DNA from: a virus
Lineage: Duplodnaviria; Heunggongvirae; Uroviricota; Caudoviricetes
Reading direction: 5' to 3' (one strand)
IMG/VR virus record: IMGVR_UViG_3300033069_002010
DNA length: 64,000 nucleotides
Below the pieces are notes generated by a model. That model searched no databases. It was not told the DNA's origin and saw only the letters and a list, made by a program, of their open reading frames with translations. Shown piece after piece: positions 48,635 to 57,990 of this stretch. Position numbers and translations under genes: made by a program. Each line of letters begins with the position of its first letter. Position 1 is the stretch's first letter.

Positions 48635-49507
48635 ATGATTATAACAAAGGTAACACAAATGAGGATAAATAAAAAAAATATTAATCACTTCACGGAATTG
48701 GGATATGAGGTAAATCTGAAGGATGTAATATGTATAGATCCGACCGAATTAAGTAAAGGTTCAAATGTTAGAATCGATGTATCATGTGATAGGTGTGGAT
48801 TAGAAAGGAATATAAAATATCAGTCCTATATATTCAATATAGAGAGAAGTCTTGACGGAAAAACATACACATGTGACCGATGTTCTCATGAAAAGATAAG
48901 GGAAACCAATATTAAAAAATATGGGACCGAATACTATTCAAAAACCAAAGATTTCATCAATAAGATAAAAAAAACATCTATGGAAAGATTCGGACTTGAA
49001 CATTTCTCTAAGACAGAGGATTATATAAAAAATAGAACCAAAACAAATATGGAGAAATATGGGGTGGAAAATCCCTTTCAACTAACAGATCTGATCAAAT
49101 CATCAATGATGGATAAATATGGAGTAGACCATCCGTCAAAAATAAAAGACTTAATCCCAAATAGAGAATTAAAACGCCGAAAAACAAAAGAAAAAAATGG
49201 AAATTGGGTTAAAATTGATGATCTAAAAGACTGGAACATTTATAAGAATAGAGTTAGAACATTAACATCAAGAAATAAAAAGGAACTTTTTGAAAATTGG
49301 GACGGGAAAGACTATTACGATGGAGAATATATTGAGACATACTCAAACCTAAATCATAATGACCCAAAATACCCAACCATTGATCATAGAATATCAATAT
49401 ACCATGGTTTCGTCAACAAAATAGAACCAGAGTTAATATCTGATATATCAAATCTTGTTATCACCAAAAGAATTCTAAATATAAAGAAGTCTAACAAAGA
49501 CATTTAG
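48635..49507 (+). CDS. modular homing endonuclease, KYGV-repeat family with C-terminal HNH nuclease
   Basis: CxxC pair, five or more KYG repeats, then NHNDPKYPTIDHRISIYHGF...N...N (HNH motif). AT-rich. Confidence 0.7.
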   Translation: MIITKVTQMRINKKNINHFTELGYEVNLKDVICIDPTELSKGSNVRIDVSCDRCGLERNIKYQSYIFNIERSLDGKTYTCDRCSHEKIRETNIKKYGTEYYSKTKDFINKIKKTSMERFGLEHFSKTEDYIKNRTKTNMEKYGVENPFQLTDLIKSSMMDKYGVDHPSKIKDLIPNRELKRRKTKEKNGNWVKIDDLKDWNIYKNRVRTLTSRNKKELFENWDGKDYYDGEYIETYSNLNHNDPKYPTIDHRISIYHGFVNKIEPELISDISNLVITKRILNIKKSNKDI

Positions 49508-49567
49508 TTACAGAAAGTGAAATTTGGGACTGTGGCAAAATAAAGTACCAAATTTTAATATATAAAA

Positions 49568-50503
49568 ATGACTAATATGGAAATTGAAAAACTCTCACAC
49601 ATTATTATCCAGGAAAGATTACACATAAATACAAACATGGACAGACTTACCGATTATCTATATGATCGAATAAAAGGAAAAACTGGAATCCATGTGATTA
49701 AAAACAATGTCCCTGAATTGGATATCGACAAGGTAATCTTCGACATCTCCAAGAAATATACCAACACAGGAGAATTAAGTATAAACAAATCATACAAAGG
49801 TAAAAATGGGTGGGTATTTTACGTGTACCTAACTGTTCCGTTCTTTTCCGATACTGTCAAACATGAGATGGACCATGCATTACGACTTATGGTGAAACCT
49901 AGAGAGGACATACTGAATAATCTTAATTTCTTAAAATCAAAAATGATATTCAAAAACGAAAATCAAATAGACTTCTTTTTCTATATGATATACTTATCCT
50001 CAGATGAGGAGATTAACTCAATGATAAAGGAGTCGTATGGTGATGTTAGGGAGTTCATGAAAAATAACTCAGTCTCCTCCCTGAATAGGGATCAATTTAT
50101 TTATATAATAAAGACCACAAGACCATTTCTGAAATCTGAGGATATGATTAATTTCAATCTAAAGAAGTGCTTTGCCAGCTTCACAGTGAACCAGATAAAC
50201 AAATTGTTTTACATATACGAAAATAACAAAAGGGATTTGGATAGGATAAACAGATTTCCATCGTTTTTACGAAAAATAAAACTGATAATAAAAGGATTGA
50301 GAACTTGGCGTAGTCTCCTACTACGTCATTGTGGTGGCCTCTCTCTCTATTTTCGAAGGGTCGCATCATTTTCACCTGTAGACATAGAGAACACCGATAG
50401 TCATATCTATCCAAAATCGAAATTCGACTATGAGAAATATATTAAAAGTCAAGGGTATAAACTGAGAAGATCACTATACAAATTATACGATCACTTCACC
50501 TAA
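49568..50503 (+). CDS. hypothetical protein with HEMDH motif
   Basis: 311 aa; an isolated HExxH (TVKHEMDHAL). Confidence 0.4.
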   Translation: MTNMEIEKLSHIIIQERLHINTNMDRLTDYLYDRIKGKTGIHVIKNNVPELDIDKVIFDISKKYTNTGELSINKSYKGKNGWVFYVYLTVPFFSDTVKHEMDHALRLMVKPREDILNNLNFLKSKMIFKNENQIDFFFYMIYLSSDEEINSMIKESYGDVREFMKNNSVSSLNRDQFIYIIKTTRPFLKSEDMINFNLKKCFASFTVNQINKLFYIYENNKRDLDRINRFPSFLRKIKLIIKGLRTWRSLLLRHCGGLSLYFRRVASFSPVDIENTDSHIYPKSKFDYEKYIKSQGYKLRRSLYKLYDHFT

Positions 50504-51462
50504 AATCCCAAAATCGATTTTATAACCCCCATCTTTTTGGAAGCGATCCTGGAGGCTTTCTCACTACCTATTTTAAGAACTCCATCCAAATAAGTTTTGT
50601 CCTTTATTATCTTATCGTATTCGATTCTCGGCTTTTCGAAATGTTCCATTATCTTTTCGAAAAGGGCCGATTTGGCTTCGGAATACATGATGCCGTCACT
50701 GTATCTCGATTTCATAACCTCAATTTCGGTCTCGTCCGAAAAAAGACTGTAAATTTTGAACACGTTGCAGTTTTCGTAATCCTTGGGATCGTGTATGCCC
50801 GCACTGTTGGTGACTATGCGGTTGATGGTTTTCCTGAGAGTCTTCTCATCGGAAAACGGATCGATGCAGTTGTCGTAGCTTTTCGACATCTTGCGTCCGT
50901 CGATTCCGGGAACAATCATCTGATTCTCGATTATGAACGATTCGGGAACGGTGAAATAATGACCGTATTGGTTGTTGAACTTGGTCGCGATGTCCCTGGT
51001 CATTTCAAGGTGCTGTTTCTGATCCTTTCCGACGGGTATCAGATCCGCGTCGTAGAGAAGAATGTCGGCAGCCATCAGGACAGGATAGGTGAACAGACCC
51101 ACGTTTATGTCGGACAGGTTCTCAGACTTGTCCTTGAAGGAATGGGCTCCCGTCAGCATGGTATAGGGTGTCATGCAGGACAGGTAGAACTGAAGCTCGC
51201 AGACCTGCGGAACGTCGGACTGCTTGAACAGGATGTTGCGTCTGTAGTCGAAACCCAAGGCAAGAAAAGTGGCAAGGGCCGAATGGATATTGTCCTTTCG
51301 GACTTTGGCATCCTTTATTGTGGTCATCGAGTGTATGTCGGCGATGAACAGTATGGTTCTGTTCTCCCGTTTGGAAAAGTCAAGTATCGGTTTTATAGCC
51401 CCGAAATAGTTTCCGAGATGTGGTTTGCCGCTCGATTGGATTCCCGTAAGTATGGTTTTCAT
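50500..51462 (-). CDS. trpS: tryptophanyl-tRNA synthetase
   Basis: ILTGIQSSGKPHLGNYFGAI (HIGH region) and GRKMSKSYDN (KMSKS). Confidence 0.9.
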   Translation of the reverse strand: MKTILTGIQSSGKPHLGNYFGAIKPILDFSKRENRTILFIADIHSMTTIKDAKVRKDNIHSALATFLALGFDYRRNILFKQSDVPQVCELQFYLSCMTPYTMLTGAHSFKDKSENLSDINVGLFTYPVLMAADILLYDADLIPVGKDQKQHLEMTRDIATKFNNQYGHYFTVPESFIIENQMIVPGIDGRKMSKSYDNCIDPFSDEKTLRKTINRIVTNSAGIHDPKDYENCNVFKIYSLFSDETEIEVMKSRYSDGIMYSEAKSALFEKIMEHFEKPRIEYDKIIKDKTYLDGVLKIGSEKASRIASKKMGVIKSILGF

Positions 51463-51467
51463 AAAAC

Positions 51468-51500
51468 AAAGGACAACGGGGTTGAATCCGTTGTCCGCAA
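51468..51500 (-). terminator. intrinsic terminator
   Basis: Stem GGACAACGG/CCGTTGTCC followed on the minus strand by TTTGTTTT, between the 51532 gene and trpS. Confidence 0.5.
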
Positions 51501-51531
51501 ATATAGTTCAATTTTCCGACTAAAAAAATTC

Positions 51532-51846
51532 CTAATAGGATTCGTCGTGTTCCGCGTAGTAGTCCGACCAGTAATCGCGTAGTTCATCAATGGCCTTTGC
51601 CAAGGTATATGAATAATATCTGGTAATATTCAACGGTTCCCTTGAACCGAGTGATTTTTTAACCCTGGCGTTAAGTTCGACATTGAACTCCCCATTCATC
51701 TCATCCGCCCTGGATTTGGACTCCGATTCGGTCGGATACAGCTCAACCACCTCATTGCTGTTGCGATCATAGACGCAGAATACCTCTTCAGGCTTCATGC
51801 CTGATGAAAGGCTTTCGTTGAATTTTTTAATCTTCATATGTGACAT
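51532..51846 (-). CDS. hypothetical protein (MSHMKIKKFNESL N-terminus)
   Basis: 104 aa. Confidence 0.4.
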   Translation of the reverse strand: MSHMKIKKFNESLSSGMKPEEVFCVYDRNSNEVVELYPTESESKSRADEMNGEFNVELNARVKKSLGSREPLNITRYYSYTLAKAIDELRDYWSDYYAEHDESY

Positions 51847-52507
51847 CTATTTCTATATATCCCTCCTTGAACAGACACCAGTTGACTCCGGGAAGGGATT
51901 TTATCTCACTCTCGATCATGAACATCTCGGAAACCTTGAGATTCGAGGAATGTGGTATGATCAGGGTCTTGTCGACACCGGTAGGAAAACCCGAACCTTC
52001 GTACAGAGGAACGATCTCGGTCTTTATCTCAACGGTTTTGACACCGTATTTTTCAAGAATCCCACGGACGTTTTCAACAAGGGTCTTTTCAACCACGGCG
52101 TCTCCGGCGGATTCGTTGATTCTTTCGACAACGGTCTCGAGACTTTCGAAATAAGCCGAATCCATTTTCTTTGCCTTCAAGATATCATAAATATCCAAGG
52201 ATACCCTTTCAAGAGAAGAAACCCTTTCTATCCAATCGGATTCCTCGTTAAGTGGATTAGTCGAATATGACCATCTTATCGGATTGGTAATAAGATCCCG
52301 TTTATCGATCCTGACAACGGTTTCCCTTCTCTGATGACCGATACCCTCATTAAAGAGTCCATTTAGAGTTATTTCAACGAAATACCGGTTTCCGATTGAT
52401 TTCTCAGTAATGTAAACATTCTCGATAAGAGACTTTAGATCGTAGTCGATTTTGTTGATTGACGTTTTTATTTCATGTAAAACCATGTTATCAATATTTT
52501 TTTCCAT
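51827..52507 (-). CDS. hypothetical protein
   Basis: 226 aa. Confidence 0.45.
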   Translation of the reverse strand: MEKNIDNMVLHEIKTSINKIDYDLKSLIENVYITEKSIGNRYFVEITLNGLFNEGIGHQRRETVVRIDKRDLITNPIRWSYSTNPLNEESDWIERVSSLERVSLDIYDILKAKKMDSAYFESLETVVERINESAGDAVVEKTLVENVRGILEKYGVKTVEIKTEIVPLYEGSGFPTGVDKTLIIPHSSNLKVSEMFMIESEIKSLPGVNWCLFKEGYIEIDVTYED

Positions 52508-52528
52508 TTTATATATTAAATTTTATAT

Positions 52529-52565
52529 ATAAAAAAACTCGGATTATCTCCGAGTTTTGTTTTTC
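52529..52565 (-). terminator. intrinsic terminator
   Basis: A7, stem ACTCGGA/TCCGAGT with loop TTATC, then TTTGTTTTT. Confidence 0.55.
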
Positions 52566-53182
52566 CTGACAGCTTCTTCTTCCTGAAGGAGAAGTTTATC
52601 CAAATCCATAAAAATAGACTTTCTTCGTTCCTCCTCACCGAGTTTCATTCGCCTCTCGTTTTCGCCATCAAAAGCAGTTATAACACTTTCTGACAATTTC
52701 TGACCTATCCTTATCTCATATAAACAACTCTTAGTCGAATCAACATCCATTATCGTCATCAGATAATCAACAGAATTAATCGGATTAAGAATAATAACTA
52801 CATTATCCTTTTCAATCTGACGTATCTGGTTCGAAATCGAACTTGTCAGGCTTGTATTTGGATCTTTCAGACAAAGTTTCCAAAGTCGAATTCCCTTTTC
52901 CTGTAACTCAGTTACCTGTTTTTCTTCATCCGAATATGTAAGTCGAGTATCCATTTTGGAGAAAAATCCATTGGTTCTGATATACGTCTTCAAAACAAAA
53001 AATTTGAAGTGTGATAAGGTTCTGAATTTTGACCACACCAACACACTCGAGAGTATAAGGGTGATAAGGTTCAATATCCAGAAATTCATACTAGGTAACC
53101 AGTCCAAAATACCGAGTAGTATTAGAAAACCTGACATGACCAAAGCGATCATAGTCACGAAAACAAATAAGATAAATCTCAT
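52544..53182 (-). CDS. hypothetical membrane protein
   Basis: 212 aa; two or three N-terminal TM segments. Confidence 0.45.
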   Translation of the reverse strand: MRFILFVFVTMIALVMSGFLILLGILDWLPSMNFWILNLITLILSSVLVWSKFRTLSHFKFFVLKTYIRTNGFFSKMDTRLTYSDEEKQVTELQEKGIRLWKLCLKDPNTSLTSSISNQIRQIEKDNVVIILNPINSVDYLMTIMDVDSTKSCLYEIRIGQKLSESVITAFDGENERRMKLGEEERRKSIFMDLDKLLLQEEEAVRKNKTRR

Positions 53183-53186
53183 ATTT

Positions 53187-55214
53187 TTAATCCAACATTA
53201 AATTTTGGTGACCAAGTTTGTTTACTGTATCCTTCAAAAGCTGAAGATCCTTCAGACTACAATGTGTCTGGTATTCAACCGAAGGTTTTATTCCTGCCTT
53301 ACACAGGAAATCAACCACCTGCTCTACATCCCAATGTAAGTCGGTCTTCTCATCCCATATGTCAAACGTGGCCTCCTCGAGCTCCTCGAAACAGTCACCC
53401 AAAGCCTTTATCTCCGGGAATCTGCTCTTCAGCAGATGTTCCAGGTGCTGGTCGTAGGCGATGTTCTTTCCATAGGAAAGAGGATTCACACAAAAGACTA
53501 TTTTCGGGTCTCCGAGCTCGTTGGTGGCATCTTCCTCTTCGTGGATGGCGAAAATGAAATCGTCATCCTTTATGTCACCATACATCTCCTCCATGTCCTC
53601 ATCCCACTCATCATTGTCATCCCAAACAAGATTTCCATCCTTGTCAACCGAAGCCTCGTTGAATTTCTTGATTCGATCTTCTGTTTTCCTTTCGACATGG
53701 GATTCGAAAGAATTGGAACCACACATCTTGTCGAATTCGCTTTCCTGACCGAATCCGAGCTTAATCATCTTCTGGACAATCTCTCCCCAAGACAACTCAC
53801 CGACGTATTTCAATTTCGCTCTCATCACAGCAACATCAGTAACTCCCATCGCCACCATGGCCGCATCGGAAGGATCAATAGGTTCGAGTCGTATGTTCAT
53901 TCCCGCAAGTTGCTTCCTGACCGTCTCAGGCAGAGACTCATAATCCATAATCTCGGTAAGAACACCATCCTGATTCTGACCGATGCGAATCTGATACTCA
54001 CCACTTTCAAATAGTTTCATAAAAGCTTCAGCGTTTATGCCTTTGATTTTCTTGACTTTTGAAAGGATAAGTTCCGAAATTTCGGGTTCTAGATCAACCT
54101 TTTCATTCATTCTTTCAGAAACATTGAAATAATATCCGTTGAAAGGTTCAACAGGTTGAAGGGTTTCAAGTCGGTCCTCAAGAAGTTTGAGTTCTGACTT
54201 GGCTTCCTCAACTTTTTTCTGAGACTGAACCACATCAATCTCAAATTTTGAGACGTCTTTTACCTTCTGGGAAATACGGGACTTGATCTCATCAATCTTT
54301 TCTTGCTTCATCTTAGCAAACGAAGCCTCGAGAGTAGATTGGTAGTTCGGAACCTCTTCAACAACCTCAATTTCAATATCATCCTCATCTATCACCTCAA
54401 CAGATTCCTCATCAAACATCGACATCAGGATATCGAGTTTGGAACCCAGATCTTCCTTGATTTCAGGTGTTTCGACTTCGTCGAAAATGGATGCGAGCTT
54501 GTCTATCGGTCGCTGGTATTCGACCGAAAGGAAAAGAGGAATGGAATATCCCTTGATATGCTGGACAGACTCGAATTCGAGTTCTCGGACACACCACCTC
54601 TGACGATACGAGACAAGTGTCTTGTCGGATATCAGTTCCAACAGACGTCCCCGCTGTTCCGAAGTGGTCATATTCGAACCAACCTCTTCAAAATTGACGG
54701 TTCCCTCATCACATATAGTAAGCTTGAATTTGATTCCGTCATAGTCAAGTCCCGAAAGTTGTTTTCCCTCGATGTAAGCTTCCTTGGATAGGAAATTGAC
54801 ATGGTTGGAACCACCGATGAACTCGATAAACTTGTCCTTGGGTGAAAACTCACCGATTACAAGAGGTTTCAGATCGTCTGACTCTGATTTGGGGTGGAGA
54901 AGAAGACCCCCACCGTCGGGATCGTTGAAATCGGGATCGGTGAAATCGAAGAAATAACCTTCTACGTCAATCCCATCCGACAAAACTCGGACAGTACCTT
55001 TGAAAAGTCGGTTTTCCAAAGAATAGTCATCATCCTTATCATGGGTGATGAGGACGATAGCCTCATCACCGTCTTTCAGGTTCTTGGCCTCATCTAGGGT
55101 AAACAGTTTTCCGTTGTGTAGGGCGTCATTATAATCGGTATAACCGAAAGGAAATGTCATTATGCTCATTTGTAGGTTTTTGTCAAAAGTAAATAAAATT
55201 GATGGACAATCCAA
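53187..55214 (-). CDS. large acidic hypothetical protein
   Basis: 675 aa; coiled-coil centre; Asp/Glu-rich. Confidence 0.5.
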   Translation of the reverse strand: MDCPSILFTFDKNLQMSIMTFPFGYTDYNDALHNGKLFTLDEAKNLKDGDEAIVLITHDKDDDYSLENRLFKGTVRVLSDGIDVEGYFFDFTDPDFNDPDGGGLLLHPKSESDDLKPLVIGEFSPKDKFIEFIGGSNHVNFLSKEAYIEGKQLSGLDYDGIKFKLTICDEGTVNFEEVGSNMTTSEQRGRLLELISDKTLVSYRQRWCVRELEFESVQHIKGYSIPLFLSVEYQRPIDKLASIFDEVETPEIKEDLGSKLDILMSMFDEESVEVIDEDDIEIEVVEEVPNYQSTLEASFAKMKQEKIDEIKSRISQKVKDVSKFEIDVVQSQKKVEEAKSELKLLEDRLETLQPVEPFNGYYFNVSERMNEKVDLEPEISELILSKVKKIKGINAEAFMKLFESGEYQIRIGQNQDGVLTEIMDYESLPETVRKQLAGMNIRLEPIDPSDAAMVAMGVTDVAVMRAKLKYVGELSWGEIVQKMIKLGFGQESEFDKMCGSNSFESHVERKTEDRIKKFNEASVDKDGNLVWDDNDEWDEDMEEMYGDIKDDDFIFAIHEEEDATNELGDPKIVFCVNPLSYGKNIAYDQHLEHLLKSRFPEIKALGDCFEELEEATFDIWDEKTDLHWDVEQVVDFLCKAGIKPSVEYQTHCSLKDLQLLKDTVNKLGHQNLMLD

Positions 55215-55217
55215 ATC

Positions 55218-55625
55218 TTATCCGATAAGATCCGAAATGTTCATGTCCCTCCTCAACAGAACCGCTTCCTCATCGGTAGTGGCTTTGGGAATTTTGTTAC
55301 CGACCGAATCGAAAATAGTCCCACTGTCTATGCACTTATCACCGCTTTCCTCAGCCAAGGACATCAGATCCGGATCCTCTGTCTTCTCATCCATCTGAAG
55401 GTCATACAGAAGCTGAAGTTCAGACTTGTACGGCATTATGTTTGATACCACAAAAGGACTGGTTTCCGAGAAATTCTCGGTGGCCAGTAACAGCAAAAGC
55501 TTCCTTTCCTTTGAGGAAAGGAGGTCCATCCGATCCGTCACCTTGATGACGTTGAAAAGACGGAACAGTTCGATAAACTCGTCGGAAACGACAAGTTTCT
55601 TTTCATCAGTATTTATTTCTTCCAT
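55218..55625 (-). CDS. hypothetical protein
   Basis: 135 aa. Confidence 0.4.
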   Translation of the reverse strand: MEEINTDEKKLVVSDEFIELFRLFNVIKVTDRMDLLSSKERKLLLLLATENFSETSPFVVSNIMPYKSELQLLYDLQMDEKTEDPDLMSLAEESGDKCIDSGTIFDSVGNKIPKATTDEEAVLLRRDMNISDLIG

Positions 55626-55639
55626 ATTTTTCTTGGTTT

Positions 55640-55936
55640 TTAATCAATAAGTTTCGATAGGACATAATCCCTATATTCCTGTTTGGGGACTGAACCGAGT
55701 TCGAACGCCCTTCGGAAGAAGATCTCAAAAAGATGTTCATGACCTAGTTCCTTGGCGGCGATGGCCCTATTTATGGCCTTCCACTCATCTGTGATTTTTC
55801 TAGCCTGAATAAGAGCTAAGGATTTCTGTTTTTCGATATCATCGGTTTTTCCCATGATATCGTTTATACGGGAATAATTCTTCATATATTCCTGTTTGGA
55901 CTGTCCGTTGTACACCGATTTTTGACCCATATACAT
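55640..55936 (-). CDS. hypothetical protein
   Basis: 98 aa. Confidence 0.4.
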   Translation of the reverse strand: MYMGQKSVYNGQSKQEYMKNYSRINDIMGKTDDIEKQKSLALIQARKITDEWKAINRAIAAKELGHEHLFEIFFRRAFELGSVPKQEYRDYVLSKLID

Positions 55937-55937
55937 T

Positions 55938-56327
55938 TTATTTGAAAATCGCTTTAAGTTGGTTGGTGATAGAACGAACCTGTTTCAGGTTCTCATACGT
56001 GTTCATCCATGTACCGATGGGAATAGTTACCGTAAATATGACTTTGGTGAAATACGATTCCGAGAAAAACCTAGAATCACAAGGCTCAAGTATTTCAGAA
56101 CATGTCGGCTCTGTAGTCAGAAGACCACATACCCATAGACCACGACGGTGTTCTAGAAGAACATAAGGATGGTTGAAAACCGGATGCATCAGAACATCCC
56201 CTTTCTTAAATTCGGCCGGACCCCTTTTTCCGGAATAGGTCCCTGGAAGAGACTGGATCCACCCGATAAGCTGTTCGTGACTGTATTTACCACTTTTAAC
56301 CTTTTCAATCAAGTTAGACTTATCCAT
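55938..56327 (-). CDS. hypothetical protein
   Basis: 129 aa. Confidence 0.4.
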   Translation of the reverse strand: MDKSNLIEKVKSGKYSHEQLIGWIQSLPGTYSGKRGPAEFKKGDVLMHPVFNHPYVLLEHRRGLWVCGLLTTEPTCSEILEPCDSRFFSESYFTKVIFTVTIPIGTWMNTYENLKQVRSITNQLKAIFK

Positions 56328-56629
56328 TGTAAGATTGTTGTTAAGATAGTTATAATATTATCATGATGTTACATGAAATTCAAAAAACCAATAAATCGGT
56401 ATAGCCGCGATTCTGTTCTATGAATACATTTATCTATTGCCTCAACCCGTCCTCACAGGGAAACCGACACCCTCGGACTGTTTGAGTTGCAGCTTCTTTG
56501 GTCAAACAAGCTTTCAGTCGATGACCTACTAACTCTTCCAAATTTGGTTTTGCTGTCGCGAACTTCCTCCAGTATCTCTACCGGCGTATTCTCCCGTGTT
56601 TATTGTCCCACAAAGATAGTAAACATTTT

Positions 56630-57109
56630 TCACCCCACCAAATTTCCCAATCTCAGGTCTCTCAGGCAGGTTAGGATAAGCTTTTTCTGATAATGGGATT
56701 CCATGTATGTTTCAAGATAATCCTGCATATTTGAATGAAGACCACCTTCGGGATTTGGGTTTATCGAGATCACCGGACCCAAAAACCTCTCGAAATTACC
56801 AACTATAAGGTCGAAACTTAAATTGATGGACAGTGAAAGATATTTCAATTGGGGTATTATCAAATCGGTTTCGCCCCCCCATATTTTTCTGTATTCGGAA
56901 AGAAACATCTTGAAATCAGCCTCATCCGGTCCCATCAGGTCATCGGTCACGATAGGAGGAAAGCCAATATACCTGGTGTATTTCTCAAGGATGTAATCGG
57001 GGGAGTTCACTTGGAGATGGGCATGGGTAACCCAGGGAGAAAGAAGAAAAGTGAATTTCAGAAGGTTTATGATTTTTTCCAAATTGGGATCCCTATCAAA
57101 ATTGTCCAT
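56630..57109 (-). CDS. hypothetical protein
   Basis: 159 aa. Confidence 0.45.
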   Translation of the reverse strand: MDNFDRDPNLEKIINLLKFTFLLSPWVTHAHLQVNSPDYILEKYTRYIGFPPIVTDDLMGPDEADFKMFLSEYRKIWGGETDLIIPQLKYLSLSINLSFDLIVGNFERFLGPVISINPNPEGGLHSNMQDYLETYMESHYQKKLILTCLRDLRLGNLVG

Positions 57110-57218
57110 GGGACAAAGTTATGAAATAAGAAATGAATTTTAAAAAGGGATCACAAGACCCCTTTTTTTACCGACATTACGGACCTCGGTAGACCAAAGT
57201 CCTAACCACATGGATGGA

Positions 57219-57587
57219 TTAGGATAAGACTTCATTTTCAATCTTGATCTCAATAACAAGCTTGTCTTTCGACATCATGTCCTTTAGTTTGATCATCTTG
57301 AACATTTTGAACAAACTCAATCCACTATATTCAGGATTGGTAGCGATAACGTTTTTTAGGAACCTAAAATCTGAAATCCTTTTTCTAGCAACCTCATTAT
57401 GAGTATAAACATACCTGAATCTAGAATCGACAACTGTTGACTTTAAAACCCTTTCCTGAAAACGGTCATGACTAGCCTGAAGATTATCAATAATCATATC
57501 AATAGTATTACCACGACTTATCATCTGAATAATCCGATTGTCTATATGAGTGAAAAGAAGATCTGTTTTGTTAAAAGTTTCCATCAA
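57219..57587 (-). CDS. hypothetical protein
   Basis: 122 aa. Confidence 0.4.
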   Translation of the reverse strand: MMETFNKTDLLFTHIDNRIIQMISRGNTIDMIIDNLQASHDRFQERVLKSTVVDSRFRYVYTHNEVARKRISDFRFLKNVIATNPEYSGLSLFKMFKMIKLKDMMSKDKLVIEIKIENEVLS

Positions 57588-57990
57588 ATATATTATTTAT
57601 TTTGTAATCCCTAGACCATGTTTTATCTGTCATGGTAAAGGAAATTATGAATCTTGTCAGCCTTATTGATGACCCTGGTTGAAATGGATTTTCAACATCT
57701 ATTGTTTTTGGTTCGGAAACCGACCAGAAGCTGCCTCCCAAAAAGTCCGTTCTTATATTTTTTTTCTTTATCCTCAGATGGTTGGACAGTTTGGAATAGA
57801 ATTCAGTCTTGGGAATGAGAATATTAAAAATTTGATCTGTCTGATTCCAATTGTACCGGATTTTGATGTCGATCCAATCAAACGCATCGGAACACCCGTC
57901 ATGAAACATGGGTATACGGTACGAAACCATAATTTTCCGATGACTCAATTTTGTCACCGTCAGATCGTCAGATTCGAAAATTCTATCCAT
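57571..57990 (-). CDS. hypothetical protein
   Basis: The track ORF starts at 58080 and overlaps the rhomboid 3' end by 98 nt; the internal Met (MDRIFESDD, at 57990) is the more likely start. Confidence 0.35.
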   Translation of the reverse strand: MDRIFESDDLTVTKLSHRKIMVSYRIPMFHDGCSDAFDWIDIKIRYNWNQTDQIFNILIPKTEFYSKLSNHLRIKKKNIRTDFLGGSFWSVSEPKTIDVENPFQPGSSIRLTRFIISFTMTDKTWSRDYKINNIFDGNF

